Shown here: one piece after another, positions 51,455-64,000 of the stretch | How positions within the stretch are numbered: the first letter of the stretch is position 1 | How the letters are laid out: each line of letters opens with the position of its first letter | Assembly: GCA_964016885.1 (NCBI GenBank) | Contig: OZ024747.1 | Location: 84,320,001-84,384,000 of the forward strand | Direction of reading: 5' to 3' | Source of the DNA: Eledone cirrhosa | Taxonomy: Eukaryota | DNA length: 64,000 nt | Notes under the pieces: generated by a model | Seen by the model: only the letters and a program-made list of their open reading frames with translations | The model's database searches: none | What the model was told of the DNA's origin: nothing | Translations under genes and position numbers: made by a program

Positions 51455-54270
51455 TATAAATATACCTTACCAGAAGACATGATAGAGTGTCTGTCGTAAA
51501 CACTAAATCCCTCCCCCGTGAAGAATGCACCTCCCAACATAGTCTCATAGTTAGCAACCTCATAATCAGGATAGACGTACTCGACAACAGAGGAGGACTA
51601 CCCTGAGGAGAAGAATATAGAAGTTAAAGACCCCACAGACTGTAACAAATTTAAAAGCATATTACTTGATGCTTTTAACAGTAAAGAAGAGCAATTAGAG
51701 ACGTACAATATAGAGGAACAGTGGGGATTCCTGAAAGTTAACCTGCTGAGGGCAACAGATGAAATCTATGACTGGAGCAGACCTATAGGCAGGAGGAGAG
51801 TAACTTGATGGTGGAATAGTAAGGTGGAGGAGTCAATCAAGGCCAAAAAGCAGGCTTGGAAAGTATGGTGGGATGGCGGAAGTAGAGAACACTATCAAGT
51901 GACCAGGAGAGAAGCTAGGAGACAAGTGTACTTTGCAAGAAGGGAAGCAGAGGAAAGAAAGTTCAAGCATGTTCTACAACGCGAGGACCAAAAATAAGAG
52001 GTGTTCAGGATTGCAAGACAATGTGTCAAGGAAAACCGTGATATTGTCGGGGAGAAGTGTGTCCGTAACGATGATGGTGTACTTGCCATCACTGATGTCG
52101 ATAAGAAGGTAGCTTGGAAGTGTCACTATGAGAGACTACTAAATGAGGAGAATAAATGAGAAAAAGATAGTTTGCCCCAAATCGATCCAATAGAGAGACC
52201 AGCAGTGCAAGTTGAAGTAAGGCAATCAAAGATATGAAGACAGGCAAGGCAGCTGGGCCTTCGGAGATAGTTGCTGAAATGCTGAAAGCATCTGGAATGG
52301 TGGGACACACTATGGTCACCCGGATAGTAAACCAAGTCATACAGAATGGGGTCATACCAAATGACTGGCGTAGCAGCATCATCATTAACTGCTACAAGGG
52401 TAAAGGAGATGCCCTAGATAGGGGAAACTATAGAGACATTAAATTGATTAACCAGGTCATAAAGGTCACAGAAAGAGTTATAGCGCAACTAATCAGAGAG
52501 CGAATTGATCTAGATAAAATGCAGTTTGGGTTTGTGTCAGGTAAAAGTACCACGGCCGCTCTTTTCTTTGTACGACAACTACAGAAGTCCCTAGCTAAAA
52601 GTAAACCACTATACTTAGCTTTTGTTGACTTGGAGAAAGCCTTTGACAGAGCCCCCCACTCAATTATCTGGTGGGCTCTTAGAAAACTAGATGTTGATGA
52701 ATGGCTTGTGAGAGCTATATAAGCCATATATAAAGAAACAGTCAGTAAGGTTAGAATTAACAACGAATATAGTGAAGAATTTAGCATAAAAGTTGGTATT
52801 CATCAAGGCTCTGTCCTTAGTCCCCTCCTATTTATTATTGGCTATAACAGAGGAGTTCAAAACCAGCTGCCCATGGGAACTTCTATACTCAGATGATCTA
52901 ACTTTCATAGCTAAATCGATGGCTGAACTAGAGAAGAAATTCCAAACATGGAAACATGGAAGCATGGCCTAGAATCAAAAGGCCTTAAAGTTAACTTGTC
53001 TAAGACTAAAGTTCTAGTATGTAGAAAGGAAAATAGGGTACAGGTACCCTCTGGCAAATGGCCATGCTCAGTGTGTAGGAAAGGAGTAGGCAGAAATCCC
53101 ATATTATGTCCCAAGTGCAAACTATGGATACATAAAAGATATAGTGGGATCACAGGTAAGCTATCTAAGAACGTAGATTTTATATGTGGCCAATGCTCAG
53201 GTGCAATAAGTAACAAGTGCCCACAGGATACTAGCTCCTTCTATTGCCCAGATGGTTCTATAGAAATAGTGGACACCTTCCGTTACCTGGGTGACAAGAT
53301 CAGCAGTGGTGGAGGGTGCTCTAAAAGTACAGTAGCCAGAGTCAGAACGGGATGGAAAAAGTTCAGAGAGCTTATACGACTATTGACCACTAAAGGTTTC
53401 TCTCTAAAAATGAAAGGCAGATTGTATGATGCCTGTATACGAACAGCAATGTTACATGGCAGTGAGACATGGGCTTTCTGTGCAGAGGATCTGTGCAGAC
53501 TGGAAAGGAACGAAGCATGCATGCTCCGTTGGATGTGTAATAGTAATATATGTGAATGGCAAAGCATAAATGAACTAAGTGAGAAATTAGGAATAAGAGG
53601 GATCAGATGCTGTTTACTCGAAAGAAGACTACGTTGGTATGGTCACGTGATATGCATGAAAGACGACAGTTGTATAAAAAAGTGCAGAGCGATCAAAATT
53701 GATGGAAGTTACAGTGTAGGTAGACCCAGAAAAACCTGGGACGATTTGATAAATTCCGACCTCACACACTTACACCTCTCCAAGACAATGTCACTGGACC
53801 AAGAGCTTTGGCGCTACACAGTAATACAGAAGACCCGCCTTGCCTATGTACAAAGAGAAACCTACAGTCAGTAGGCACCTCTTAACCAAATATATACCCC
53901 ATCCCACTACCCCTACTCCACCCTCCTACTCCCACCAACACCACCCTTTCTCTGTAAAGTTACGTTGGTACCACAACATCCGGTCCAAAATAAATGAAGT
54001 CGTGTAGGTGTCACAACAAAAAAACACACAGTCCATGCTGTAATGTGGCTGTGTAGGTAACTCGGTAAAATGCCTCCCAGTTGCACACTGTAAACGTGGT
54101 TGGTGTTAGGAAGGGCATCCAGCCGTAGAAAACCTGTAGGACAGCCCTATACGAGCGAGACATGGTCACCCGACCAATCTTGCCTCAAGTAGGACAATTC
54201 CTGTCTAAACCCATGCTAGCATGGAAGATAGACGTTAAACGTTGATGATGATGATGATGATGATGATGAT
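51455..54270 (+). mobile_element. RTE LINE family B2, 5'-truncated, ORF2 with stops and frameshifts, 3' UTR and (ATG)n tail
   Basis: GKAAGPSEI, YKGKGD, QFGF, FVDLEKAFD, YSDD, C4HC3 finger, FRYLG, GRPRKTW. Confidence 0.93.
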
Positions 54271-55231
54271 ATATACAAAATAAGCTGATGTATTTAGCTT
54301 TTCTTATTTAGAAAAAGCCTTAAGGAAATTTGTTGTAGAAGAATGACTTGTGAGAGCAGTACAAGCTGTGTAAAGTGAGAGTAGGATGTACAATTTAAGT
54401 GTGAGGGAAAGGCAGAGCTTGGACAAGTTGAAGGAGAAGCTGGGTTTAAGAGGAATTCGAGGTAGCGTGCAGGAGAGAAGACTGCATTGGTCATTGGTTT
54501 GGACTTGTGATGTGCAGAGACAATAATCATTAGGTCAAGGAGTACCAGAAATGCTAGTGGCGGGAAGTCATGGTAGAGGTAGACCAAGAAAGACCTGGGC
54601 AGAGATTGTGAGAGCTGACCTCAAATTGTTGAGTTTCATGGAGACGATGACAAAGGATCGCAACATGTGGGAGAGCTGCCATGCTGAGAAGGATCTGTCC
54701 AACCCATGAAACCGTGGAAAAGTGGATGTAAAAACAATGATAATGATGGTATATATATATATATATGAGGGGTATTTGATACCTTGCTCAGTCTGTCATA
54801 GCCTATCAGCTCTTCACGAATTGATTAAATATAATATATTCTCTATTTTAATAATTGTTTCTACTTTTGGCACAATTACCCAGTTCATTACTGGTACTTT
54901 ATTTTATCGACCCGGTAAGGATGAAAGGCAAAGTTAACCTCGACGTGATTTGAACTCAGACCGTAAAGGGACGTAACTATGTTGGAAAGCATATGGTTTC
55001 TACTTTAAGCACAAGACTACAAATTTAGTGGAGTGATGGAAAGTTGATTATATTGATCTATTACTGGTACTTTATTTTATCGACCCTGAAAAGCTGAAAA
55101 GCAAAGTGAATCTCAGCATGATTTGAAATCAGAATGTAAAGTGCTGTAATTAAATACCATAAGGCATTTTGTCCAACACTCAACTGATTCTGCCTTAGTC
55201 TTTATATTAATAGTGTCAAGATCATGTAAAA

Positions 55232-55556
55232 CAGTGATTCCCAACGTGGGGCACACACCCCACAGGGAGGCAATTTGAATATCTAAGGAGGCAATTTGAA
55301 AATGATGTTAACGAGAACAAACTTAAGGTTTTATTTTATTATTTTTACACCAAGGCAACTTTGGTACACACTACTCTCAGAAACTCCTCTCTCACCTCCT
55401 CTTCCACATGTTATTGTGTATCTGGCACCACCTATACACCAATTTGTTTACACTTTGCAGTTGATCATTGCTGTTTTCATATCAAAGGGGTGAGGGGGAT
55501 AATTATTTTTTAGATGTTGGGGTGGGGCATGGTACACAAAAGGTTGGGAACCACTG
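55232..55556. mobile_element. hAT (Charlie/Buster-type) MITE, 325 bp
   Basis: TIRs CAGTGATTCCCAAC / GTTGGGAACCACTG; perfect 8-bp TSD ATGTAAAA at 55224-55231 and 55557-55564. Confidence 0.9.
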
Positions 55557-56214
55557 ATGTAAAATATGGCTCTACGACAAGCCCTTAGATTTAGTTTGCT
55601 ACGCAGTATTTCTTCAGTCAAACTCTGTATTTCATGGGGCAATTGCACTTAGATCCCTCCCTGGACGGGTAAATAAGTACATTAATATACTATCTGTTAC
55701 ACCCTTCATAAATTAGCTCTGTAATCGCTAAAAGATGAAATTTATTGAGTTGAGAAGATATCGTCACAGGGAAAAGTATAGTTATCTCCCTTGTATTAAA
55801 CGTTTAAATTATCATTTTTTTTTTCCAGTATTTTTTTTTAATGAACATTTAGTGTTGTTTCAAATAAATTTATAAGTTTCAATTCCCTTTTAGAAACATT
55901 TTACTTGCGTACTTGATTCTTTTGAGAAAAGCAAGAAAATCACAATCAACATTTCTCCACTTCTTCACTCAGGTTGCTGGAAACAACAACCAACTAATTC
56001 TTCCTCGAATTACTACACCGAAGATACCCACCAACAACCACCACCACCACACCATCCTCACCACCATCATCATCATCAAAACCATCATCGCCATCATCGT
56101 AGTCGTCGTCGTCGTCATCATCATTTTACATCCGTTTCTATGATAGATGAGGTTAAATAGATCGACAGTCCAAGACTAGACAGGTTGGTGAACCATGTTT
56201 TGCCCATACATAGT

Positions 56215-57850
56215 CAATCAGGTTAACCCTGGCAAGGTACCAGGTCCAGATGGTATCCCAGTCGAACTGTTGAAAGTCGGCAGTGGTAATGTAATGGAAG
56301 CGATAAACAACTTCATCACTGATTGCTGGAATGGGACCCTGTTTTCACAGGATTGAATCAACAGTATTTTGTTATCATTATACAAAGGAGGGCGGTGGAT
56401 TGGCAGTATCGGTAGAGGGCCAGACACCATGCTTTGACGCATTGAGTTACGGCCCTTGCCATTCTGAGTTCAAATCCCGCCGAGGTTAACTTTGCCTTTC
56501 ATCCTTACGGGATCGATAAAACAAAGTACAGTAATACACTGGGTAATTGCTGGCCTTGTGCCAAAAGTAGAAACAATTATACAAAGGAGGGCGGTGAAGT
56601 GGCAGTATCGGTAGAGGGTCGGACGCCATGCTTTGCAGCAAAGAGTTACAGCACTTTATGGTCTGAGTTCAAATCTCGCCGAAGTTAACTTTGCCTTTCA
56701 TCCTTACGGGGTCGATAAAATAAAGTACCAGTAATGTACTGGGTAATTGCTAGCCTTGTGCCAAAAAGTAGAAGTAAAGGAGAAAAGTAGAAACAATTAT
56801 ACAAAGGCAAAGGTGAAAAATTGATATGTGACAACTACCATGGTAGCACTTTGTTGGAAGCTGTTGGCAAGGTCTTGCAAGACTTTTGCTCAACAAACTG
56901 GAGGAGGATAGCTGTCCTATAGCTATCCAAGAATCACTGAGTGGTTTTAGAGGAGAAAAGGGGACAGGTGACATGATTTTCTCTGTAAGATAAATACAAG
57001 AAAAATGCATTGAGCAGCATGTCCCTCTACATCAAGTCTTTGTCGACCTCATAAAAGCTTTTGATATGGTTAACAGAGATGACTCTGGATAATACTTGGG
57101 AAAGTAGGACGTCCAACCAAGTTTGTGAGTATTCTAAAGCAGCTGTACAGTTACCTTCAATGGTCAACTATCGGGGGAAACCCCAATTGACAACTGGGTA
57201 AAGCAAGGTGAAATTCCTACTCCTACACTTTTCTCACACATGCTTTCCATGTTTGTCACAATGGCATTCTCTTACGGTTCAGAACTACTGGAAAGGTTTT
57301 TAATTTAAGAAGGTTTAATGCTGAAACAAACATTTTTCAAGCTTTGATCAGAGACCTTTTTATGCTGACGCTGGCTTCCTAACACACACAGAAGCTGACC
57401 TGTAGCACCTTATGAACCATTTCTCATCTTCGTGTACATCATTTGGGCTTACAATCAGCCTTAAAAAGACCAAAGTAATGTTCACTCTTACTCCTGGAAA
57501 ACCATATACTGAACCCAGTATCATGGATTGGAACCAGGTTGAGAGTAGTATATAAATTTGTCTACTTTGGTAGCACATTGATGGCTCCTTGGATGCTGAA
57601 ATATATTTGTGCATCCAGAATGCCTCTGTTGCTCTAGGAAAATTGGAAAAGAGAGTTTTGGCTAATCACAACATTACCAACAATAGCAAGGTGTGTGTGT
57701 ATAGATCTGTGTTCTGTCTATTCTTTTATACTCCTCTGAAACCTGGATGCTATTCTGTTAACATATCAAATCGTTTGAGTGTTTTCAGCAGAAATGTTTA
57801 AGGTGCATATTCAACATCAAGTAGCAAGACAAAACTCCTGACATCGATGT
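56215..57850 (+). mobile_element. Degraded RTE-BovB-like LINE interrupted by two SINEs
   Basis: GKVPGPDGIPVELLK, LYKG|KGEK, FVDLIKAFDMVNR, YAD, GLTISLKKTKVM. Confidence 0.8.
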
Positions 57851-60269
57851 CCTTGTCAAATTCTTTTCATTCACAAAGATGCGGAAGTCTTCGCCACAAT
57901 GTTTCAGATGACTAAGAAGTTTAGGAATTCTTTCAGCTCAAATGGCTTTGTAGTGGGTAGTTAGGATGTTATGGTGTCTCCTTAAGTATGATTTCATATG
58001 GAGGTCTTGTCTCACAGCCCTAGAAACAATCATTTTACTGATTCCTCGGTCTTGTCTCAACTTCATCATTGATTTTGATGGGTTCGACTCAATTGATATT
58101 TTAAGTCCTGCTAAGAAGCTAGGTGTGCATTTTTGGTCACTGCAAGGACTGTAATGCTTTCTCTGAACATCCTGACTTTTCTTCAAATTGGCTATGACTC
58201 TAAAACATTAGCATACTTTGTGGCTCTAACAATTTCCCAGCATTTTTGCCACCGCAGAATAATTCTGCAATTACAATTTTACAGTTAAATTCTTTATTAA
58301 CATTCATAATTTGTTCAATCTAAATTAAAAAATAGTACGGGTGATTATTAAAGCTGGTAATATTTAAAATTTTGACTCCAACAAAATCTGTACATTTAGA
58401 AATAGACCAATTTGAAACTTCTCCCAATTTACCTGTTACATCCTGTATATATTTTTTCCTACAGGTGATGACTTACTACAGTTTAAGTGAAACATCAACA
58501 CCATTGATCGCACCAGTCTTGGAGAGTGAAAGGCCATCAGCACAGCCCCTTCCTCCAGACCTAGCAAGTAAAAAATAAAATAATACGCAGGCTTCAATTA
58601 TATAATAATGATAATAATAATAATATGACCCTGTACTAGTGTATAAAATCACTATTTACTATGGCTTCATTTTTAAAAGTGTCTAAACATTTAGTTGATT
58701 GACTAGCTATATTGACTAAAATTTTTAGTCACTAAGAGCATTTAATCTTAGTGATATGAGTCACTAAACTCATATACTGTAAATTTCTAACTCCTCCAAT
58801 CTATGCACAAAAACCTGTTTTCATGTTGGTGTTTTGTGTATGGGTTGACCAGCATAATTTATTAAACAGTAATATTAACCTGGTTTGAAACTTTTCGAAG
58901 TGACAGGAAAAGTAGATATAGCTCTCATATAAATATATATATATATATCATCATCATCATCACTGTTTTATGTCTGTTCTTCCACGCTAGCATGGGTTAG
59001 ACGGTTTGTTCTGTTGTGGGCAGTGTCCGGTCGGCTGACCTTGTCTTGCTCATACTGGAACTGATTCTGGCTTGATTTCTACAGCTGGATGCCCTTCCTA
59101 ACACCAACCTCATTTACAGTGAGTGGTGGGTGCTTTTTTTTCATAGCGCCTGCACGTCCACTTTACAGTGTGAGCTGGGTGCTTTTTTGCCGTGGCACCT
59201 CCACGACCACTTTGCAGTGTGTGTGTGTGTAGGGGGGGGGGGGGGCATATTGTCTATATACTTCATATATATACATGTGCACACAGACTCAAACATACAC
59301 CTAGTAGGCACCTCGTAACCACTATACCCACTCCTGTTCACACCACCCTTACACTGTGAACAAAATGTATCCAGCACACACTGTAAATGTGGTTGACGTT
59401 AGGAAGGGCATCCAGCCGTAGAAACCTAGCTAGAAACAGTCCTATATGAGTAAGACACGGTCATCTGACCCAACTTACCTCAAATGGGACAACCCGTCTA
59501 ACCCATGCTAGTGTGGAAAATGGATGTTAAACAATGATGATGATGATGATGATGATAACAAAGGTAAAATAATATATAACTCAATTTGTATGTGATATAT
59601 TATATATGATAGTATATAAGTTTCAGTTTCAGAATTAGCTCAATGTGTTTATATGTTATTAATCAGAAGAATAAGGAGATTTTTTAAAGGAAAAACAAGC
59701 TTGGAAAAACAGACACAGCACATATACAACCTTATAGATGTGAAAGGCCCAGTAGTAATATTTCTCTCTCTCTCTATATATATATATAAATATATATAAC
59801 ATTGAAACAAAGACCAAAGACTGTTAATTATCTGTTTTCTTATTTGAAAACGTTTTATTAAAGTACGTATATATATATATATATATATAATTTATGTCTA
59901 TTTTCAATACTAGCATGGGCTGGATAGATTTTCAAGGTCGGAGACAAGATGGGTTGGAGAACATATTGTATATATGTTCTATTTTTGGCATAGCTTTTGC
60001 AGCTGGATGTCTCCTAACACCAACAACTTTACAGAGTATACAAAGTTTATTTTATTGTGGTACCAGCACTATCACTTTCTGGGGTGTACTAGAGATATAA
60101 GAGGGACATATTGGGCAGAAGATTCAAATATTGCCTACATACTTTTAATACCTACCTGCCCCAAATCGTCCCTTTTAAAGAATTCCCACAAAAATTAAAA
60201 CCTTCTAAGTTAATTCTATATTAGAACATTTTGTTATGTTATAAATACCATCTTAAAACAGCACAGCTC

Positions 60270-60540
60270 CCATGACTTTCGGAAACATTTTTTCACGCTC
60301 AGAGTTGCTGACAAACTACCTGCATCAGTTATTAGCTGTTGAGACACTGCATCCTTTAAAACCTCCATGCTCCCTGAGATTCGCCAACACTACACCTGAT
60401 ATCCCTCCTCCATGTTTCATGACTCGTACACTGTTCATTTTCCTGACATTTGTACATTATTCTATGTACTATACATGCACCTTTGATGAGTTGTAGTGCA
60501 CCTGAGCACTGTACACAATAATTTCATTATTATTATTATT
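60270..60540 (+). mobile_element. CR1-like LINE 3' end with (ATT)n tail; shorter copy ~50588-50705
   Basis: HDFRKHFFTLRVA peptide; ~115-bp near-identical terminal block in both copies. Confidence 0.65.
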
Positions 60541-63500
60541 AATGAAATTATTATTGTAGTAAATCCTTTCCAAATTCTTCATTAATTAATTAAAATACAA
60601 AATATTTAATTAGAAATATGGTAATGAAAGAGTTAATGTTCATATGATATGCAAGGAATGGTGAGTCTTCTCCAACACCATGCAATACTAATCATTATAT
60701 TTGTCGTCTTTCTTTTGAGCTTTAACTTCTTGAGGTCAATTTTCACATGATTTCCTAGGTCTTCCCCTTCCATGCTCTGCATTTCTTTAAATAGCTGTCA
60801 TCCTTCATATGCATCACATGCTCATTCCTACACAATCTTCTCTCTTGTAAACTGTATCTGATGGGTTTTCCATAACTCAATTTCACTAACCATCACAAAC
60901 ACATACATCTATTATTTGCTCTGCTATTTCTTCTTTACTTCAAATCAATTTGACATATAGTTATTATACTGCAAGCTGTTATAACATTCTTCTAATTGAT
61001 TTCATCTGTGCAGCTTCATGTATTGTAACATCCTACCAAACACAAATTACTCAGAAGTGATAATTACATAAATCTTAACATTATCTCTTCTATGATGTAA
61101 ACAGAACTATTTCTTATTTCTTCAATGCTACAAACCAATTCATTAATCTTTAACCCTTATGTTAATATATTTCTAATGAAAGATACAGACCATGGTTTTC
61201 AATTCATTTTGAGGGATTTAATAAAATATCTTCCTTATTATTAAGCTGGTGCTTGGAATATAATTTAACAAAGGTTCTTACATAAGATTATGTTAGACAG
61301 CTTTTAGATAAATATAAACACTTTAAAAAACAGTTTTGTATAGTAGAACCAGAGGTTGTTTCGTTGCAAAAGGGTAAAGCAATTATAACAGTATTTAACA
61401 ATTAATTTTACTAATACATAACCCATTGTTTTACAGACAGAATAACTAATATTAAATATTTTCAGTAAATTTAACAAAAGTATATTTTTGGATTACATAT
61501 ATTATCAGTGGTGTCAGTAATGACAGCAGTACTGTTGAATGTATTTAATTTTTGTAGTCCAGAATTGATGTGCCATATATATATCAACATTACTGGTTAT
61601 ATGAGCAGTCATACAAACTGCAAAACTTGAGTTTTCATGAATTTATGGGTTGCATAAGAAAAACCATATTGTTTATATTGATTACTGACATGTGAAAGTG
61701 ATGAAAAATAAAAATGATATTTTAATAATTTATTTCTAGGATATAATTACATGGCCCTGAGATACTTGAATTTATTTACCTTCGAGTATGTCTCAGGAAA
61801 GAATTACTGGACAGATTTTACAGGCAAAACCAACCTGCAGGAGACCCACGGGTAGACCCCAAGTAAGATGGTTAGATAACATCCATGAGCCGGATCAGTT
61901 GGAGACAGTTGCTTCAGACAGGACCTGCTAGAAAAAGTGTTTGAGGACTCTGCCCTCATGACCTTCCCAGGAAGAAGAAGAAGAAGAAGAAGAAGAAGAA
62001 GAAGAATGATAAAACATACAGGATTAAATAAAAGTAACTATTTACAGGAACAAATGTAGGGTTAAAACCCAGGACATTGTGATTGGAAAATGAACTTCTT
62101 ATTGTAGCAATATGACTGATCTACGAAATGCATTGTGTATGTGTGTGGTAAAAGAGTTACAGATGGATATATATATACACACACGCCTGTGGTGTATTAT
62201 GGTTGATACAGAGAGAAAGGGGTTAGAGAGGGAGATAGACAATATTGTTGACAGAAGATACATTGTAGAACATTTGTGTTCCTTGAGTCTATTATTTTGA
62301 AGCTGATGTATCTGTGATGTAAAAGTCTGTCACACTGTGGAAAGGGGATGATAAGAGTGCGTGTGATAAAGAGAGAGAGAAATGGTGGTGGTGGCCATAG
62401 CAATGCCAATATTTTTCTTTCAATCTCACATCATCATCATCACTGTTTTACGTCCATTTTCAACACTATCATGGATTAGACGTGTTGTCCTGTTATGGGC
62501 AATGCGAGGTCAGGTGACCATGTCTTGTTCATACAGAACTGATCCTGGCTTGGTTTCTTGGAAAAGAAATAATGGTAAGAGAGAGAGAGAGAGTGAGTGG
62601 TGGCAGTAATGGTGATATCCCAATCTTTTTCAAGCCTATGCTGTATGACAAATGTTTATCTTCAAGTTATAAACAAATAAAATATTCCATTTTGGTGGTT
62701 TCATCATTTGTAAATATATTTTATGTTGTATATATGTAATTAAGTACTGTATATATAGTGTCATCATCAAAGTTATAAATAAAACATTTAAAATGCTATA
62801 GTGATCTTTAATACTTGGTGATTGTTTGTAATTAAACTATAGAATTTCTAGGTCAGCTTGATTTGAATGAAAATTTTAGAACGTTTTTCTGAGGTCACAG
62901 CATTCATGTGACAAAATAAAAATTCTATACAATCCTTATTATAGAAGAGATTCCTTGATCTTATAGCTGGAAGGCTGATATTAATACTTCAAAGCCTGCT
63001 TGTCTTTGTTACAAGTTAGGCCTTTCATCTGTTATAAGAATATAACTACCAGGTAGTATAATATGCTTAGACCAATCAATGATATGTCCCTTTATATATT
63101 CCACAAAATCCCTTGTGATTAATCAGAAGAAATCAGTAATATTTATTTATTAGAGTGGTAGTTATTTTATACTATCTAGATTCATACCCACCCCACCAAC
63201 CTTTATGATCCAATCCTCCCCCCCCCCCCCCCCCCGGATGTTTTAAGTATGAATGATAAAACCTGGTATTTGACATCTGTAAGCTATTTCTAACTCCTTG
63301 TCAGAGATACAAACATGACTATGGTTAAAAAGTCTGCTTTGCAACCATGTGGTTCTCAATTCAATCACAGAATTGAGGTTCACCACTAACACACATATTA
63401 CATTGTATAGTGCCTCATGTTAACCAATACCTTGTGAATGGATTTTAGTAGAGGAGACACTACCAAAGCCTGTAGTGTATGTGTTTAGCAAGCTTTCTAT

Positions 63501-64000
63501 GGCTTAATGGCCTTCTTATCACCAACTTTACAGCATGTACTGGGTGCATTTATTGTGTAGATCATCAACACTAGAGGGGTTGTCATGCTGTGACACAACT
63601 GAAGGGTCCACTCAACCACTTTTAGGCATGGTTTCTACAGCAGTGTGACCTTCCTGTTGCCAACCACCTTACAGGGTGTACCAGATGCATTTTCATGGCA
63701 CCAATATTAGAGAGGTTGTTAGTTCTTGTTTTAGTGGAAGAGCCCTCTCTGCTCTGTGGGAAGGAGAGAAGGGAGATAAATATGAAGTTGTGGTAAGTGT
63801 GGTGTGATTTGACAGGGGGATGAGTAGGGAAGGGATGAAGTAGTAAGATCACTGGGAAATAGTAGTGGGGGCATGGATGGCACACACCATCGCCATTTTG
63901 TCCTGTGTAGTTGGGATATACTGCCTTGACTGGGGTGTAGTCTGCCCACTTCCTTACTTCCATTATTTAAATTTTCTTTTTCATGGAATAAACTGAAGTG

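Noticed and set aside
58464-58578. Possible plus-strand exon after ttttttcctacag
   Set aside because: No partner exons or recognisable domain found in the window.
59619-59630. Perfect ISRE AGTTTCAGTTTC ~19 kb upstream of the IRF gene
   Set aside because: Isolated, in AT-rich sequence beside repeats; not distinguishable from chance.

Overview
AT-rich, repeat-dense eukaryotic (animal) DNA. The repeat content (tRNA-derived SINEs, RTE LINEs with (ATG)n tails, long (TA)n tracts) suggests an octopus or other cephalopod; this is inference. The window holds one host gene, on the minus strand: an interferon regulatory factor of the IRF1/IRF2 class. I reconstruct five coding exons (40822-40501, 20812-20585, 15714-15559, 13594-12929, 10469-10117). 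All introns are GT-AG and phase 1, giving 1725 nt / 574 aa, or 608 aa if the ATG at 40924 is used. Unusual protein features are a ~120-aa extension before the DNA-binding domain, Phe in place of the fifth signature Trp, an HCF-binding DHCY motif and two SUMO consensus sites. IRF-binding (ISRE/IRF-E) motifs cluster in the gene's own promoter and first intron, and the introns carry several inverted repeats able to form dsRNA. The rest is transposon-derived: RTE LINEs with a PHD-type finger inserted in the RT, L1/Tx1, CR1 and CRE fragments, two SINE families, piggyBac-, hAT- and mariner-type MITEs, a non-autonomous Helitron and microsatellites. Repeat boundaries are approximate unless a TSD or terminus is quoted.
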